From an uncultured Lachnospiraceae bacterium (GTDB lineage Bacteria > Bacillota > Clostridia > Lachnospirales > Lachnospiraceae), in contig CAYRKA010000001.1 of NCBI GenBank assembly GCA_964424785.1, forward strand, positions 33,416 through 97,415: a stretch of DNA of 64,000 bases, given 5' to 3'. Shown here piece after piece: positions 21,439-31,063 of this stretch. The position numbers were made by a program, and so were the translations under genes. Numbering within the stretch: position 1 is the stretch's first letter; each line of letters starts with the position of its first letter. Below the pieces are notes generated by a model. That model was not told where the DNA came from, searched no databases, and saw nothing but the letters and a program-made list of their open reading frames with translations.

Positions 21439-23190
21439 ATGCGCAGAAAGAGACTGATGACAGCCGCATTGTGTGCGGTGCTGGTGATGGCATCACCGGT
21501 ATGCGACAGCGCTTTTGGCAATATATCAGCTATACAAGCGGCAGACATAAAGCAGGATGAGGCCGCACAGGCCGAAGGAGAGCGTACGCTGAAGGCAGAG
21601 GAGTCATCTTCCGCTGCGGAAGCTGCCCAGGCGGATACATCAGCGCCAGAGGCCGAGACGAGCGCACCGGCGACAGAGGCGCCGCAGACGAGCGCACCGG
21701 CGACGGAGGCGCCGCAGACGAGCGCACCGGCGACGGAGGCGCCGCAGACGAGCGCACCGGCGACAGAGGCGCCGCAGACAAGCGCACCGGTGACAGAGAC
21801 GCCGCAGACAAGCGCACCGGCGACAGAGACCCAGACGGGCACGTCTTCCACAGAACCGTCAGGCGGGCAGGCGACAGAGACCCAGAGTGAGCTGCCGGAA
21901 GAGACGCAGACGACAGAGCTTTCGAGTGAGCATATGACGGAGCCGTCAGCGACGCCCTCTACAGAGATGGCCGGGACGGAGACACTGCCGTCCGATCCGG
22001 CACAGGCAGAGACGGCAGAGCCGGAATCAGAGACGGCAGATGCGACGGAGGCGGAGTCCGATTCGGAGAGTGAGGAAGAGTCGGAGTCGGAGACTTCCGA
22101 GTACGCGACAAACGAGGAGTTGATTGCACATCAGAATATTGTGATTCCCCCGGACATTCAATTGGAGTTCCGCTTTACGAAGGTGGAGGAACGTGCCGCG
22201 ATCGTCCGGAAGAAAGAGGGAGCCTCTGTGTACGAGGAGAATGCCGAGACGGCACGTGAAGTCGGGAGGCTTTCTTATTATGGTTTGTGCTATATCCTCG
22301 AAGATAAGGGCGACGGGTGGTATTATGTGGAGTCCAATAATGTCCGCGGTTTCATAAAGGCGGATGATGTCGTGACCGATGACGTTGCGCAGCGGATTAT
22401 TTCGGTGAAAGGCATGGAAGAGCTTCCGGCGGCGAGGCTGCTGATTGCGCGGAATGAAAACAATGCGTTTTGCCATACATACACCACGGTTCAGGAGGTT
22501 ATTGCAGAGAAGAAATACGCATTGGCCTCTAAGGATGCGGTGGAGATCCATGAGCAGAAGAAAGAGGATTCCCGTGTAACCGGGACACTTGGGAAGGATG
22601 CCCTGTGTTACATTCTCGCGGATGAAGAGCAGGAGTGGGTATTTGTCGAGTCCGGGGATGCGCGCGGCTTTGTGCGGAAGGATGAATTGACGACAGGAGC
22701 CGGGGCTTCCGAACTGGTCGCCGATCTCGGAGAGGATAATATGGCACTTGCTGAGGTCCAGGTCGAGCCGGAAGACAACAAGTCGTGCTACTATACGCTG
22801 ACGTCTGTCAAGGAAGCCTCTGAATCGGCGCACCTGCGCGAAGAGATTGTGAATTTTGCGCTGCAGTTCCTGGGGAATCCTTATGTCTGGGGCGGTACAA
22901 GCCTCACGAACGGGGCGGATTGCTCGGGATTTGTCCAGAGCGTCTACGCTCAATTCGGTTATTCGCTGCCACGGGTTGCCTGTGACCAGGCCTGCTACGG
23001 GATGCAGATCCCGATCGACCATGCGGAGCCTGGCGACCTGATTTTCTATGCGCGTAACGGCTATGTCTATCATGTCAGTATGTACATTGGCAATGGCCAG
23101 GTAATACATGCGGCAGGGAGAAAGGTCGGCATCATCACATCAGGCATCGCCGGGAATGCGGTCTGGGCGACGCGGGTTATTGCAGATTAG
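21439..23190 (+). CDS. Secreted NlpC/P60 (C40) cell-wall peptidase with SH3-like domains and a T/S/P/E-rich N-terminal linker
   Basis: Signal peptide; C-terminal QFLGNPYVWGG..ADCSGFV..HV..Y.G.G.VIHA catalytic Cys-His-His. Confidence 0.9.
   Translation: MRRKRLMTAALCAVLVMASPVCDSAFGNISAIQAADIKQDEAAQAEGERTLKAEESSSAAEAAQADTSAPEAETSAPATEAPQTSAPATEAPQTSAPATEAPQTSAPATEAPQTSAPVTETPQTSAPATETQTGTSSTEPSGGQATETQSELPEETQTTELSSEHMTEPSATPSTEMAGTETLPSDPAQAETAEPESETADATEAESDSESEEESESETSEYATNEELIAHQNIVIPPDIQLEFRFTKVEERAAIVRKKEGASVYEENAETAREVGRLSYYGLCYILEDKGDGWYYVESNNVRGFIKADDVVTDDVAQRIISVKGMEELPAARLLIARNENNAFCHTYTTVQEVIAEKKYALASKDAVEIHEQKKEDSRVTGTLGKDALCYILADEEQEWVFVESGDARGFVRKDELTTGAGASELVADLGEDNMALAEVQVEPEDNKSCYYTLTSVKEASESAHLREEIVNFALQFLGNPYVWGGTSLTNGADCSGFVQSVYAQFGYSLPRVACDQACYGMQIPIDHAEPGDLIFYARNGYVYHVSMYIGNGQVIHAAGRKVGIITSGIAGNAVWATRVIAD
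21658..21837 (+). repeat. In-frame tandem repeat, 6 x 30 bp (TSAPATEAPQ)
   Basis: acgagcgcaccggcgacagaggcgccgcag units at 21658, 21688, 21718, 21748, 21778, 21808. Confidence 0.95.
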
Positions 23191-23196
23191 GCTGTT

Positions 23197-24480
23197 TCAG
23201 CTGGCGTCCTGCACTTTGTCAGTGCCCGGTTTCGGGAGGAGCAGGCGCACTGTCTCGATTCGGTTGCCCGATATTTTTGTGACGGCCAATGTGATGCCGT
23301 CCTCTGTGTAGACGGTCTCACCCGCCGTTGGGAGATGATCCAGCTTCTCGATGATCAATCCGCCGATGGAGTCGTATTCCTCAGAGGAAAGCGCGAGGCC
23401 AAGCGCGTCGTTGATGTCGTCGAGCTTCACGGATCCTTCGATTGTATATTCGCGCTCGCCTGTTTTTTGGATCAGATCCTTTTCATCCTCATCATATTCA
23501 TCGCGGATCTCACCGACAATCTCTTCGAGCAGGTCCTCGAGGGAGACCATGCCGACAGACGCGCCGTACTCGTCAAGCACGATCGAGACGCTGACTGAAT
23601 TTTTCTGCATTTCCATCAGCAGCTCGGAGGTTTTTTTGAATTCATATGTGAAATATGGTTCATACATAACGTCGGTTACGTGGAATGTATCGGATCCCTT
23701 GCAGAAAAAGAAATCCTTGATGTTGAGGATGCCCGTGATGTTCGTACGGTCGCCCCGATAGACAGGGAGACGCGTATACTTCTGTTCCCGGAATACCTCT
23801 CCGACCTCTGCATATGTGGCGTCTTCGCTGATCATGACCATATCGGCGCGCGGCACCATGACGTCTTTGGCCTGGGAATCGCCGAAATCTACTACATTGT
23901 AAATCATCTGGCGTTCTTCCTTCTCGATAACCCCCTCTTTGTGGCTGACATCCACGATTGTGCGCAGCTCCCTCTCGGTCATGGTATTCAGCGGGCTGTC
24001 TGTATCAATGCGGAGCAGCTTCAGCAGGAAACGGCAGATTGCGTTGATGATAAAAATAACAGGCGTCATCAGCTTCATGAGAAACAGGATGATGGAGGCA
24101 TAAGCCAGAGCCATCCGTTCGGAATTCACAGTCGCATATGTCTTGGGGGTGATCTCGCCGAAAACGAGGATAATAATCGTCAGGGCGGTGGTCGCAATAC
24201 CGACAGCACTGTTTCCGAGGAAGCGGATCGCGAGCGCTGTGGCGAGCGCTGCGGAAAAATTGTTGACGATGTTATTGCCGATCAGGATCGTACTGAGCAT
24301 TTTTGAGGAATGTCCGGTGGCTCTAAGGACAAGCTTCGCACGTTTGTCCCCATCGTCTGCGAGCGCCTGCATACGGATTTTGTTGACTGTGGTGAGCGAT
24401 GTCTCCGCCGAGGAAAAAAAGGCGGAGAGCACAACAAGGATCAACAGTATGAATAGTTGTATGGCGTCATCCGAGGCCAA
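23197..24480 (-). CDS. HlyC/CorC family protein (CNNM-CBS-CBS-CorC)
   Basis: SAFFSSAETSL, VFGEITPK, DVMVPR, YTRLPVY, LDEYG, EDLLEEIVGEIRDE; TTG start with GAAGGAG SD. Confidence 0.92.
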   Translation of the reverse strand: MASDDAIQLFILLILVVLSAFFSSAETSLTTVNKIRMQALADDGDKRAKLVLRATGHSSKMLSTILIGNNIVNNFSAALATALAIRFLGNSAVGIATTALTIIILVFGEITPKTYATVNSERMALAYASIILFLMKLMTPVIFIINAICRFLLKLLRIDTDSPLNTMTERELRTIVDVSHKEGVIEKEERQMIYNVVDFGDSQAKDVMVPRADMVMISEDATYAEVGEVFREQKYTRLPVYRGDRTNITGILNIKDFFFCKGSDTFHVTDVMYEPYFTYEFKKTSELLMEMQKNSVSVSIVLDEYGASVGMVSLEDLLEEIVGEIRDEYDEDEKDLIQKTGEREYTIEGSVKLDDINDALGLALSSEEYDSIGGLIIEKLDHLPTAGETVYTEDGITLAVTKISGNRIETVRLLLPKPGTDKVQDAS

Positions 24481-24711
24481 AAGATCATCTCCTTCTACAT
24501 GGTTTCGTTCGGTCGTTATTGAGAATGATACAATAAAACAATATGAAATGCAATGTAAAGTTGCGAATATTGGGCGGATTGTCGGGGCGCGAAGCGCGGA
24601 ACCATCCGGAAATCAGCTTTTGACGGGTCAATCATTTTATGATTATTCAGGTTCCTGCAGCCGGTGGCGCATATTTTGCGCCGCGCCGCATATGTATGGA
24701 AAGGAGGGGGG

Positions 24712-25092
24712 ATGCTTGTGGGATGGTTGATGGGGAAAAAGGGCGTGGCCGGGAACCTGATAAAAGCGCTGGCCCTGGCATTTCTGACGACGGTTGTGCT
24801 GCTGCTGGTCCTGGCATTTCTGCTGCTGAAGCTGCGGCTGGACGTCGGCAAAACGGAAATCGGGATCCTTGTCACGTATGTGCTGTCATGCTTTGCGGGA
24901 GGCCGGCACTGCGGACGCATGGCGGGCCGGAAACGCTTCCTGTGGGGCGCAGCTGTGGGAATGCTCTATTTCCTGATTCTGCTCCTGGTTTCCGGCATGA
25001 GCGACCGGGCATTCCGGTCGGGCCTGACGGAAAGCCTTGCAGCATTCGCGCTCTGTGCCGGGGCAGGAATGCTGGGCGGGATGGTGTCGTGA
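24712..25092 (+). CDS. TIGR04086 family small membrane protein
   Basis: About 126 aa, 4 TM helices, GxxxGRKRFLWG and terminal GMLGGMVS pattern; start uncertain (24712 or 24730). Confidence 0.7.
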   Translation: MLVGWLMGKKGVAGNLIKALALAFLTTVVLLLVLAFLLLKLRLDVGKTEIGILVTYVLSCFAGGRHCGRMAGRKRFLWGAAVGMLYFLILLLVSGMSDRAFRSGLTESLAAFALCAGAGMLGGMVS

Positions 25093-25093
25093 A

Positions 25094-25155
25094 CACACAG
25101 GGCGGCAAGAGGATTTCAGCGGCGGAGCCGCTGCCGCCCTGGCGTGAGCGGTATA
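25094..25155 (+). repeat. Dispersed two-hairpin element, left-module copy
   Basis: cacacagggcggcaagaggatttcagcggcggagccgctgccgccctggcg closely matches the reverse complement of 57183-57233. Confidence 0.8.
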
Positions 25156-25329
25156 AATTGGGGCTTTTCATCGGTGATTTTTTGTGATATAGTAAAAATG
25201 TGTCACATACATGAATAATAGAACTGCGGCATTGTGCAATCCGGACAGGCTGCAGATTTTCTGTCGGTTCAGACATTCTTCCCGGTAAATTATTTGCCAG
25301 AGTATAATTTGTGAAATGAAGAGGTGTAT

Positions 25330-27087
25330 ATGAGAGAAAAATATGAGTCCCTGTCACTTGCAGTTCTGAAAGAACTTGCCAAAGCAAGAGGCATGAGGGG
25401 AGTTTCGACGTTCAAAAAAAGCAGGTTAATTGAAGCAATGCTTGAGCAGGATGAAAAGGACCGGCAGTCAGAAAATGCCGGGACATTGCGGCAGGCAGGC
25501 AACGGAGCGGAGGCACATCAGCCAGAACATGGGAATACGGCGGAGCCCCGTGATTATGACGGGGCGGTGAGAGAGCGCGCTGCATGGCGCGCGGAGAGCG
25601 GCGAAGCAGCGCCTCAGACGGAGACAAAGGGCGCAGCGGGACCCGGGGAGGGCAGCAAAGCAGCGCCACAGGCAGCAGGCGTACAGGCTGAACAGAATCC
25701 AAGACGGCGCAGCACAGGTGTGAGACAACCGCAGGGAAGCAGGCGGACGGCCGGAAGAGATTATCCAAATGGCAGTGCGCAGCAGGAGCAAGGTGCATTT
25801 TCGGAATCCGCCACGGAATACAGGGGTACGCCGGCGCGCCAGCGTCAGATGCGTCCTGCCAGTGATGAGGCGCATGTGCGCAGGACAGGCGCGGACGGCA
25901 GCGATACGCGGCAGCGCCCCGAGAACATAGACAGGCCGCCCGCGGAGCTTTCACAGCTTGACAGCGGCCAGACCGTCTCAGGTATCCTGGAGGTAATGTC
26001 GGACGGCTATGGCTTCATCAGAAGCGCGAATTACCTGCCGGGCGACAATGATGTCTATGTCTCTCCGTCCCAGATACGCCGCTTCAATCTGAAGACAGGG
26101 GATATTATTTGCGGCAACACACGTATCAAGTCACAGCAGGAGAAGTTCAGCGCGCTCTTATATCTGAAGACGATCAACGACAAGACTCCCTCCGAATCAA
26201 TGAAACGATGGAATTTTGAGGATATGACACCGGTCTTCCCGAACGAGCGGATGCGTATGGAGCGCGGCTCGCGGGCGTTGGCGATGAGGATTGTCGACCT
26301 GTTTTCCCCGATTGGAAAGGGACAGCGCGGTATGATTGTTTCGCCGCCGAAAGCAGGCAAGACGACACTTTTGAAGGATATCGCCCGGTCGATTCTGGAG
26401 AATGATCCGAATATGAAGCTCCTGATCCTGCTGATCGATGAGCGGCCCGAGGAGGTCACGGATATCAAGGAGGCGATCTGCGGCGAGAATGTCGAGGTCA
26501 TCTATTCTACGTTTGATGAACTGCCGGAGCATCACAAGCGCGTGTCGGAGATGGTTATCGAGCGAGCGAAGCGCCTGGTTGAGCAGAATGAGGATGTGAC
26601 GATCCTGCTTGACAGCATTACGCGCCTTGCAAGGGCATACAACCTGACGGTCCCGCCCAGCGGCCGCACGCTCTCCGGCGGACTTGACCCGGCTGCGCTG
26701 CATATGCCGAAACGCTTCTTCGGCGCGGCCCGCAAAATGCGCGAGGGCGGCAGCCTCACGATCCTTGCCACAGCGCTTGTCGACACCGGCAGCAAGATGG
26801 ACGACGTCGTCTATGAGGAATTCAAGGGTACCGGCAACATGGAGCTCGTGCTTGACCGCAAGCTCTCCGAGAAGCGTGTTTTCCCGGCGATCGATATCCC
26901 GAAGTCAGGGACGAGGCGGGAGGACCTGCTGCTTGACCGCGATGAACAGGAAGCGATGTACATCATGCGCCGGGCACTCAATGGCATGAAGTCGGACGAG
27001 GCTGTCGAGAATATCCTGAATACGTTCGTCCATACGAGGGACAACCACGAGCTCGTACAAAGGGTCCGCAGACAGAAATATGTGTAA
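25330..27087 (+). CDS. rho: Transcription termination factor Rho with long low-complexity N-terminal insertion
   Basis: Rho_N helix (LKELAKARG), GILEV..DGYGFIR RNA-binding domain, PIGKGQR, PPKAGKT, LLDSITRLARAYN, FKGTGNMEL. Confidence 0.97.
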   Translation: MREKYESLSLAVLKELAKARGMRGVSTFKKSRLIEAMLEQDEKDRQSENAGTLRQAGNGAEAHQPEHGNTAEPRDYDGAVRERAAWRAESGEAAPQTETKGAAGPGEGSKAAPQAAGVQAEQNPRRRSTGVRQPQGSRRTAGRDYPNGSAQQEQGAFSESATEYRGTPARQRQMRPASDEAHVRRTGADGSDTRQRPENIDRPPAELSQLDSGQTVSGILEVMSDGYGFIRSANYLPGDNDVYVSPSQIRRFNLKTGDIICGNTRIKSQQEKFSALLYLKTINDKTPSESMKRWNFEDMTPVFPNERMRMERGSRALAMRIVDLFSPIGKGQRGMIVSPPKAGKTTLLKDIARSILENDPNMKLLILLIDERPEEVTDIKEAICGENVEVIYSTFDELPEHHKRVSEMVIERAKRLVEQNEDVTILLDSITRLARAYNLTVPPSGRTLSGGLDPAALHMPKRFFGAARKMREGGSLTILATALVDTGSKMDDVVYEEFKGTGNMELVLDRKLSEKRVFPAIDIPKSGTRREDLLLDRDEQEAMYIMRRALNGMKSDEAVENILNTFVHTRDNHELVQRVRRQKYV

Positions 27088-27141
27088 GGGCTGATTCCTT
27101 TGAAGCTAGAGAATTCTTTTTTTGAAATCTTTGCAAACCAG

Positions 27142-27170
27142 TTGCATTTTGATCCGGCTTGTGTTATGAT
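27142..27170 (+). promoter_or_regulatory. Sigma70 promoter of rpmE
   Basis: TTGCAT-N17-TATGAT with extended TG. Confidence 0.65.
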
Positions 27171-27328
27171 ACCAGTGCTGTTTTTTTGGAGGCATAACTG
27201 CAGGGACTTGCAGGGATAGTCCGGGACATCTGCTGTGGTTACTATGAGCGGCATTGACCGGAAAGAGGATTCCGGCGGTACACCGTCGGGACAAGCAGTT
27301 CACAATCAAAGAAGAAGAGGTGAAAATC

Positions 27329-27535
27329 ATGAAGGAAGGAATCCATCCGAAGTACTATCAGGCGACTGTGACATGCAACTGCGGCAATACATTCGTGACA
27401 GGCTCCACAAAGCAGGACATTCACGTTGAAGTTTGCTCCAAGTGCCATCCATTCTACACAGGCCAGCAGAAGGCTACGGCAGCCCGCGGACGTATCGAGA
27501 GATTCAACAAGAAGTACGGCATTGAATCCAAATAA
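27329..27535 (+). CDS. rpmE: 50S ribosomal protein L31 (zinc-binding type)
   Basis: [34 protein letters not shown]; GAGGTG SD. Confidence 0.97.
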   Translation: MKEGIHPKYYQATVTCNCGNTFVTGSTKQDIHVEVCSKCHPFYTGQQKATAARGRIERFNKKYGIESK

Positions 27536-27549
27536 GGCTTGAAAAGATA

Positions 27550-27581
27550 GGGATGAGATTGTAAAATCTCATCCTGTTTTT
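27550..27581 (+). terminator. Intrinsic terminator after rpmE
   Basis: ggatgagatt-gtaa-aatctcatcc followed by a T-tract. Confidence 0.75.
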
Positions 27582-27622
27582 AAATAATGACGAAGTGGAT
27601 TGAACAAAGGAAAGGATAACAT

Positions 27623-28741
27623 ATGAAACCATCCGGTATTGGTGGGCAGGCGGTGATCGAGGGCGTCATGATGCGAAATGGCGGCAAATATGCCGTGGCT
27701 GTCCGTACGGCTGAGGGTGAGATTGTGGTGGATGTCCAGAATTGCAGCAGCAGCCGGATTCAAGACAAGAAAATTACAAAGCTGCCGATTATCCGCGGCG
27801 TGGTCAATTTCTTTGACTCCCTGATCCTGGGCATGAAATCCCTGATGTATTCGGCGTCCCTGTTTGCGGAGGAGACGGAGGAGGAGCGCGCCGAGCGCGA
27901 GGGCAAGGAGCGGAAGAAAGCGTCTGCTAAGGCAGAGAAGCTGAGAAAACAGGGGAAGGAGCAGGAGGCGGAGCGCGTCCTGCAAAGGTGCGAGGAGAAG
28001 CTCGCGAAGGAAGCGGGAGGCCAGGCCTCATCCGGCAAGGATGACAACAAAGACGATGACTGGCTGATGACGCTGACTGTGATTTTTTCCCTTGTGTTTT
28101 CGGTCGTCCTGTTTATGATGCTGCCGTATTTTATCTCGCGGTGGCTGCGTAAGCTTGTGACGTCCGAAATGCTGATCCTGATTGTAGAGGGCATAGTCAA
28201 GCTCGTTATTTTCTTTGGTTACCTTGCACTGGTTTCACGCATGAAGGATATCCAGCGTACTTTTATGTATCATGGGGCGGAGCACAAATGCATCAATTGT
28301 ATCGAGCACGGCCTGGAGCTGAATGTCGCGAATGTACGTGTGAGCTCGCGTGAGCACAAGCGGTGCGGTACGAGCTTCCTGTTTATTGTCATGTTTATCA
28401 GTATTGTATTTATTATGGTGTTCAGTATCCCGCTGTTTGCGGTGCTGAATGTCAATACGTCGTTCTGGCGCATTGTCCTGCGCCTCGCGCTGCTGCCGTT
28501 GATCGCGGGCGTATCGTATGAGTTTATCCGCCTTGCAGGCAGCTCCGACAGCAAGCTTGTCAACGCCCTGAGCCGTCCGGGCATGATGCTCCAGCATATG
28601 ACGACGAAGGAGCCGGACGATTCGATGATCGAGGTCGCGATCGCGTCGGTTGAGGCAGTGTTTGACTGGAGGAAATTCGAGAACGAGCAGTTCGGCACGA
28701 AGTATGAGCTGAAGGCGGAGTGCGAAGATGCAGCCGTCTGA
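27623..28741 (+). CDS. DUF1385 domain membrane protein
   Basis: GGQAVIEGVMM, YHGAEHKCI, HKRCGTSF, TTKEPDD; conserved position between rpmE and prmC. Confidence 0.9.
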   Translation: MKPSGIGGQAVIEGVMMRNGGKYAVAVRTAEGEIVVDVQNCSSSRIQDKKITKLPIIRGVVNFFDSLILGMKSLMYSASLFAEETEEERAEREGKERKKASAKAEKLRKQGKEQEAERVLQRCEEKLAKEAGGQASSGKDDNKDDDWLMTLTVIFSLVFSVVLFMMLPYFISRWLRKLVTSEMLILIVEGIVKLVIFFGYLALVSRMKDIQRTFMYHGAEHKCINCIEHGLELNVANVRVSSREHKRCGTSFLFIVMFISIVFIMVFSIPLFAVLNVNTSFWRIVLRLALLPLIAGVSYEFIRLAGSSDSKLVNALSRPGMMLQHMTTKEPDDSMIEVAIASVEAVFDWRKFENEQFGTKYELKAECEDAAV

Positions 28742-29816
28742 TCCGGAGCGCCTGGTTGACGATCGTGCCGCCAGCGGCAGGCAGAGGCCGAAGCTGCAGG
28801 AGAATGAACTGGGGAGGCTTGACGGCGCCCGCATCACCTGCGGCGAGGCGCTGTACATTGGAGAAGCATATCTGCGCGGCTGTGGGATCAGAGATGCAGC
28901 GGCGGATGCATGGCTTTTGTTTGAATTTGTGACAGGGATGAGCCGGGCGCATTTCCTTGCGGATCGGAGTGTGCCATTCGGGGAGGGCGTCCGTCGCGAA
29001 GCGAACCAAAATGGCGGCTGCGGCCGGCTGCCGAACGAATGTGAAGGGGCGTCACCTGCTAAGGCCGCTGCGATCCGTTATCGGAGCCTCCTGCAGCGGC
29101 GCGGCGCACATACCCCGCTGCAGCATCTGACCGGAGAGCAGGAGTTCATGGGCTTTCCGTTCTATGTGGATGAGCATGTGCTGGTCCCGCGGCAGGATAC
29201 AGAGGTGCTTGTGGAGGAAGCGCTGAGGCTACTGGGCGCAGGATGTCTTGCAGGGCAGTCCGGGATGACGCCTGAGGTCTGCCGTCAAACGGGTGCGGGG
29301 GCGTGCCGTCTTCGGATATTGGATTTGTGTACGGGGTCGGGATGTATCGCGGTGAGCCTCGCGAAGCTGGGGCCGGATGGCCTGTTGATTGACGCATCTG
29401 ACGTTTCGGCGGCTGCGCTTGCGGTTGCACGCAGGAATGTAGGGCGAAATCATGCCGCGGTACACCTGATCTGCAGTGATTTGTTTGACCATATTACCGG
29501 TATGTATGACATGATTGTATCGAATCCGCCATATATCTGTACGGAGGGGATCGCAGGGCTGGACGAGGAGGTCCGGCTGCATGAGCCGAGGCTCTCGCTG
29601 GACGGGCATGAGGACGGACTGTATTTTTACCGCAGGATAGCAGCGGAGGGCGGTGCGTTCCTGAAAGACGGGGGGTTCCTGCTGCTGGAGATCGGATATG
29701 ACCAGGCAGAGGCGGTCGAGGCATTGCTCCGGGAAGCCGGATTTGAGGAGACCGCGACGGTGAAGGATCTCGCCGGTCTTGACCGTGTCGTATGTGCGCG
29801 GAAGCCCTGTGCGTAA
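28728..29816 (+). CDS. prmC: Release factor glutamine methyltransferase PrmC/HemK
   Basis: PLQHLTG, VLVPRQDTE, LDLCTGSGCIA, SNPPY, EPRLSLDG; directly upstream of prfA. Confidence 0.93.
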   Translation: MQPSDPERLVDDRAASGRQRPKLQENELGRLDGARITCGEALYIGEAYLRGCGIRDAAADAWLLFEFVTGMSRAHFLADRSVPFGEGVRREANQNGGCGRLPNECEGASPAKAAAIRYRSLLQRRGAHTPLQHLTGEQEFMGFPFYVDEHVLVPRQDTEVLVEEALRLLGAGCLAGQSGMTPEVCRQTGAGACRLRILDLCTGSGCIAVSLAKLGPDGLLIDASDVSAAALAVARRNVGRNHAAVHLICSDLFDHITGMYDMIVSNPPYICTEGIAGLDEEVRLHEPRLSLDGHEDGLYFYRRIAAEGGAFLKDGGFLLLEIGYDQAEAVEALLREAGFEETATVKDLAGLDRVVCARKPCA

Positions 29817-29952
29817 TGCCATGCGCAGAAGAGATGGATTGCGTTGTGCGCGGAAACGCTGCGCGTGATGCCATGCAAATGCAGAGCTTTCGTGTGGCCC
29901 CGGATAATGAATGGACAGAGAGATGCGGCGCTGCGAGCCGCTGGAGGTAAGC

Positions 29953-31029
29953 ATGTTTGACAAACTTGAAGATTTACTGATGCGTTTTGACGAGCTGCTG
30001 AATCTGCTCAATGACCCGTCCGTGATCGCGGACCAGTCGCGGTTCCAGAAGTTGATGAAGGAACAGGGCAGCCTGCAGCCGATTGTCGACACATACAGGG
30101 AATACAAAAAATGTAAGGAGACGATCGAGGACAGCCTTGCGATGCTGGATGAGGAATCCGATGAGGAGATGCGCGAGATGCTCAAGGAAGAGCTCTCCGG
30201 GGCGCGCAGCCGGACGGAGGAGCTTGAACGCAGGCTGAAGATTCTGCTGCTCCCGAAGGATCCGAATGACGATAAAAATGTGATCATCGAGATCCGGGCC
30301 GGGGCGGGCGGGGATGAGGCGGCGCTGTTTGCGGCGGAGATTTACCGTATGTATGTGCATTACGCGGAGAGCCAGCACTGGAGAGTCGAGACGATGGACG
30401 TCGAAGAGATCGGGATCGGCGGGATGAAGTATGTCAGCTTCATGGTGACAGGCCAGGGGGCGTACTCAAAGCTGAAATATGAGTCGGGAGTACACCGTGT
30501 CCAGCGCGTGCCGGAGACCGAGTCGGGCGGCAGGATCCACACGTCGACGGTCACGGTCGCGATCATGCCGGAGGCTGAGGAGGTCGATGTCCAGATTGAC
30601 CTGAACGACTGCCGATTTGATGTGTTCCGCGCATCCGGCAACGGCGGACAGTGTGTCAACACGACGGATTCGGCTGTGCGCCTGACGCATATTCCGACCG
30701 GGATCGTGATTTCGTGCCAGGATGAGAAGTCGCAGCTCAAGAATAAGGACAAGGCGCTCAGGGTGCTGCGCGCGAAGCTGTACGACCTGGAACAGCAGAA
30801 GGCGCATGACGCCGAGGCTGAGGCAAGGAGGAGCCAGGTCGGGACGGGGGACCGCTCTGAGAAGATACGGACGTACAATTTCCCGCAGGGACGTGTGACG
30901 GACCACCGCATCAACCTGACGCTGTACCGCCTCGAGAAGATTCTCGACGGTGACCTGCAGGAGATTATTGATAGCTGCATTGCGGCGGACCAGGCCGCGA
31001 AGCTCGCGAAGATGAATGAAGCTGTTTAA
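29953..31029 (+). CDS. prfA: Peptide chain release factor 1
   Basis: [22 protein letters not shown] motif (GNGGQCVN), [15 protein letters not shown]; GGAGG SD. Confidence 0.97.
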   Translation: MFDKLEDLLMRFDELLNLLNDPSVIADQSRFQKLMKEQGSLQPIVDTYREYKKCKETIEDSLAMLDEESDEEMREMLKEELSGARSRTEELERRLKILLLPKDPNDDKNVIIEIRAGAGGDEAALFAAEIYRMYVHYAESQHWRVETMDVEEIGIGGMKYVSFMVTGQGAYSKLKYESGVHRVQRVPETESGGRIHTSTVTVAIMPEAEEVDVQIDLNDCRFDVFRASGNGGQCVNTTDSAVRLTHIPTGIVISCQDEKSQLKNKDKALRVLRAKLYDLEQQKAHDAEAEARRSQVGTGDRSEKIRTYNFPQGRVTDHRINLTLYRLEKILDGDLQEIIDSCIAADQAAKLAKMNEAV

Positions 31030-31063
31030 TAGATAAATAACCTGATCATTTGAGGAGACAATT

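Noticed and set aside
24671-24697. SigE-like promoter before the TIGR04086 gene
   Set aside because: ATA-to-CATA spacing is 15 nt, shorter than consensus; too weak to call.
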